Assembly: GCA_964016885.1 (NCBI GenBank)
Contig: CAXHJY010000769.1
Location: 167,644-231,643, forward strand
Origin: Eledone cirrhosa
Taxonomy: Eukaryota
Length of the DNA stretch: 64,000 nt
Reading direction: 5' to 3'
Part shown: in pieces, positions 58,303 through 64,000 of the stretch
Layout: every line of letters starts with the position of its first letter
How positions within the stretch are numbered: the first letter of the stretch is position 1
Notes under the pieces: model-generated
What the model was told of the DNA's origin: nothing
The model's database searches: none
What the model saw: the letters and a program-made list of their open reading frames with translations, nothing else
Translations under genes and position numbers: made by a program

Positions 58303-58874
58303 AAACATAAGATCATTAATTTTCACACATTATGGATACTTGTCTCATTCAGGAATACTGATATTTACAATATAGTGGCTGGTTTTTGTAAATACTAATA
58401 CCTCTACATTAAAACATAGGGTTTTTTTATGCCTCGCCTATATCTGGTTATTTAAATTTTTTCTCTCTCTATATTTTTTCTCTCTATATATATCTCCCTT
58501 ACATTAATACTAGAGCTAAATAAATAAATAAATAAATGTATCATTGATACGTTTACTCAACAGACGTCCCACTACCTAATTTTCTATATATATGTATCTA
58601 TCTCTATTTCCTCTCTCTCTCTATATATATATATATATCTCTTTCTGTTTCTTTACATGAAGTTCTTCTCTTTATCTATCTTTCCATCTCTCTATTTTGT
58701 TCCATGCATTTCTTCTTTTTCTTCGTTTTCTTCGTTTTCTGTCTTTCTTTCTTTTTTTTCTCTCTTTCTTTCTCTCTGTGTACAATTTTTTCACTGCCAA
58801 ATCAACCTTTTCAAATACAAGTCGATGTTGTTACGGTATGTCGAATCTATTTATCTATAAAACTGTTTATATTG

Positions 58875-58940
58875 TATTTTGTCTGAGGAAGGCATAGCAT
58901 ATTGTTAATATGATATCCCTGAAATATATATAATGAAATA
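58875..58940 (+). ncRNA. minimal type-I hammerhead ribozyme in the PLE 3' region
   Basis: tattttgt CTGAGGA agg...catatt gtt aatatg...cct GAAA tatata TA atgaaata. Confidence 0.82.
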
Positions 58941-59156
58941 AATATGGTTTTATAAATATAGTTTCCATTTATTTAATATTGTAAATATACTCCAAATATT
59001 TGTCGAGTGCTTTTATATCAGTTATAAATATTTACTAGTTGTAACCCAACAATTTAAATATAACTTTCCATGTATGTATATATATGTATATATATATGTA
59101 TATATATATATGTATATATATGTATATATATTTATATATATGTATATATATTTATG

Positions 59157-59213
<57 letters not shown>

Positions 59214-59228
59214 GTATATATATTTATG

Positions 59229-59259
<31 letters not shown>

Positions 59260-59264
59260 TTATG

Positions 59265-59307
<43 letters not shown>

Positions 59308-59311
59308 GTAA

Positions 59312-59348
<37 letters not shown>

Positions 59349-59349
59349 A

Positions 59350-59410
<61 letters not shown>

Positions 59411-59612
59411 AATGTATATATATATATATATATATATATGTAAATGTATATATATATATATATATATGTAAATGTATATATATATATATATATATATATT
59501 TATTAAAATTTTATTATTATTACTATATATACATATATATATATATATATGTTTCGTTTCTGAATTTGTTTAGCAAGATTCTTTATCTGAAATCGTGTGT
59601 TGAAACCGATAT

Positions 59613-60232
59613 TGTTATACTTTGGGAGGGTCATGTTGCCAATAAGAAAAACACGCACCAGTTGCTTTCACTTCAATTTATTAAATAAATTTATAAATTT
59701 AGGAATTTATAAATTTATAAATTTCAAGATAATAAAGAATCATCTGTACTCTACCAACATGCTTAAATAGAACATAAGGGTAAATTAGAGAACATAGAAA
59801 TAAAAATAGAATCTACACACAACTTACAATTAAGGACAAAATGAAAACACACACACACATAGAACAAACAACCAACCGGTAACATGTAAATAAACAAATA
59901 AATAAACAAATATAAACACACACACATACACCCGGATGTGGCGCATGCGCAGACTGAGCACACAACACACGCACAGAAACAAAATGGCGTAGGACAGAAC
60001 AAAAGAGAGGCACAAAAACAAAGAAAAGAATCCCAGTCACTGAAGAGGTCACAGAATGTGTGACGAAAGAACTTTGACAATATATAAACAACTATCTGGT
60101 TGTGCAACCAACCAACCAGAAATTTATAAATTTATAAATTCCTAAATTTATAAATTTATTATAATAAATTGAAGTGAAAGCAACTGGTGCGTGTGTTTCT
60201 TATTGGCAACATGACCCTCCCAAAGTATAACA
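59613..60232. mobile_element. non-autonomous element with ~113-bp TIRs, TGT...ACA ends and ATAT flanks (Ginger-like)
   Basis: 59613-59725 versus 60119-60232; same terminus at 4169 and 11770, variant at 12769. Confidence 0.6.
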
Positions 60233-60303
60233 ATATATATATATATATATGTGTATATATATATATGTATATATGTATATGTATATATATGTATATATAT
60301 ATG

Positions 60304-60602
<299 letters not shown>

Positions 60603-60603
60603 G

Positions 60604-60709
<106 letters not shown>

Positions 60710-60728
60710 TGTGTATATATATATATAT

Positions 60729-60933
<205 letters not shown>

Positions 60934-60944
60934 TGTTTATATTG

Positions 60945-61010
60945 TATTTTGTCTGATGAAGGCATAGCATATTGTTAATATGATATCCCCGAAATATATA
61001 TAATGAAATA
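60945..61010 (+). ncRNA. hammerhead within a direct copy (60927-61141) of 58857-59068
   Basis: CTGATGA...GAAA tatata TA. Confidence 0.8.
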
Positions 61011-61141
61011 AATATGGTTTTATAAATATAGTTTTCCATTTATTTAATATTGTAAATATACTCCAAATATTTGTCGAGTGCTTTTATATCAGTTATAAAT
61101 ATTTACTAGTTGTAACCCAACAATTTTAAATATAACTTTAC

Positions 61142-61261
<120 letters not shown>

Positions 61262-61262
61262 G

Positions 61263-61337
<75 letters not shown>

Positions 61338-61340
61338 GTG

Positions 61341-61414
<74 letters not shown>

Positions 61415-61430
61415 TATATATATATATATA

Positions 61431-61513
<83 letters not shown>

Positions 61514-61548
61514 ATATATATGTATATATATATAATATATATATAATA

Positions 61549-62498
61549 TACTCTTTTACTCTCACTCTTTTACCTGTTTCAGCCATCCGGCTGAGGCCAT
61601 GCTGGGGCACCGCCCTTGTTGCTACACATTTTATCTCCAGCCTGTATAGGTTGGCCACTGGTGTAGGAGGGAGTTTGTTGCTGCTGCCCTTAGGTTTCCC
61701 TCGTGTCTTGCTGTGGGCTCATCCGGGATCCTGGATAACAAGGTGTCGAGATGTTTCTTAAAGACATCCACCTCCACGTCATGCAAGTCTCGCAGATGCC
61801 TCGGCAGCCTGTTGAAGAGTTGAGGGCCCTTGAATCCCAGGCTATTGCAATACCTGCTCCTTATTCTAGATGTGGAAGACGGGACCTTTGGCACCACACA
61901 GTGACGTCCTGTTCGACGGTTGGTCCAGCTCCCAATGCCAAAGTTTGGTGCTAGTCCCTCCAGGATTTTCCACATGTAGATCACTGCGTATCTCTCCCGT
62001 CCTCGCTCCAAGGAGTAGAGGTTCAGTTCCTTCAGCCTCTCCCAGTAGCTTGTCTCCCTCATGGTGTAGCTTCGCTGGATTGCCTCAAGCTCTGTGGTTA
62101 GTTTGACACTATGGGGTGACCACAGCTGGGAGCAGTAGTCCAGGCGGCTTAGGACAAAAGTCCTCCACAGTGTCAACATGGTGTCTCGATCTCTTGTAAG
62201 GAAAGTCCTCAAGATCCAGCCAGCGAATCGTCTACATGCTGTCGCCACCTTCATGATGTGTGAAGAAAAAGATGCATCATCGCTCATGTCTATGCCCAGG
62301 TCTCGTATCGATTTTGACACGGGGATATCGGTCCCTCCTGGTCCTGTGTAGTTGTGTTCCGCTATATTTGTGTTTGTGTTTGCAGGTTTGTATTGTAGGG
62401 CTTGGAATTTGCCAGCATTAAACTGCATGTTTTCTTCCGCCCATCTGTATATGGCATCCAGATCCTGCTGTAAGAGGGCAGCGTCAGCCGGGTTTTTG

Positions 62499-62500
<2 letters not shown>
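61549..62500 (-). mobile_element. CR1/L2-group LINE 3' part
   Basis: [38 protein letters not shown]; terminal GGTGCCCCAGCATGGCC stem and (AAGAGT)n-like tail. Confidence 0.88.
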
Positions 62501-63700
<1,200 letters not shown>

Positions 63701-63774
63701 AAGAAAAAGGGATGAAATCGAAAATGCAAATGAAGTCTTATTTTTTTTTAAAATATATATATATTTATTTGGTT

Positions 63775-63812
63775 CCTTTACCGGTTTCGCAGTTCTTCTG
63801 CTTTTCAAAAGG
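63775..63812 (-). ncRNA. minimal hammerhead with U3-A8 variant core
   Basis: minus strand: cctt TTGAAAA gcag aagaa ctgc GAAA ccgg TA aagg. Confidence 0.72.
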
Positions 63813-64000
63813 TGAGTTGAGATGGAGGGTCTGTGGTTTTTCTCACATCTGGTTGGTCTCTAAATGTTACTTGTTTTATATGGAAAAAGTGGCTCGAAAA
63901 CCAGGTTTTTCGAGAAGTAATTTGTTTGGTTTGTCAATAATTATAATAAATTTCGCGCCAGAAAAATATAAAAATTCTATGTTCTCTCTCTTACAAAATG

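Larger units (their letters stand above)
55654..59068 (+). mobile_element. Penelope-like element, 5'-truncated, with an inverted copy of its 3' region at the 5' end
   Basis: 55654-55897 is the reverse complement of 58298-58541; ORF; downstream hammerhead. Confidence 0.85.

Overview
Eukaryotic, gene-free, repeat-saturated DNA. The repeat repertoire suggests an octopus or other coleoid cephalopod, but this is inference. Roughly half of the window is complex (TA)n/(TACA)n microsatellite, which produces all the IYIY-type ORFs (spurious). The TA fields hold: more than 15 pieces of three related RTE-clade LINE families (here called A, B, C) with (GAT)n tails, including one near-full-length EN+RT copy; a Penelope-like element (RT + C-terminal GIY-YIG) and many pLTR-like fragments; about a dozen minimal type-I hammerhead ribozyme motifs, some intact and some degenerate; tRNA-derived SINEs; two CR1/L2-group LINE 3' ends; non-autonomous Helitrons; an internally deleted DD37D (maT) transposon; a hAT MITE; and TGT...ACA inverted-repeat elements. 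Most interesting: a C4HC3 PHD finger inserted inside the RTE RT domain; an array of covarying, pseudoknot-capable modules in the LINE/SINE 3' UTRs; a hammerhead with a compensatory U3-A8 core; a 579-bp palindrome carrying two outward-pointing hammerheads; and repeated fold-back duplications next to TA tracts. All structures and coordinates were read by eye, with no folding or database search.
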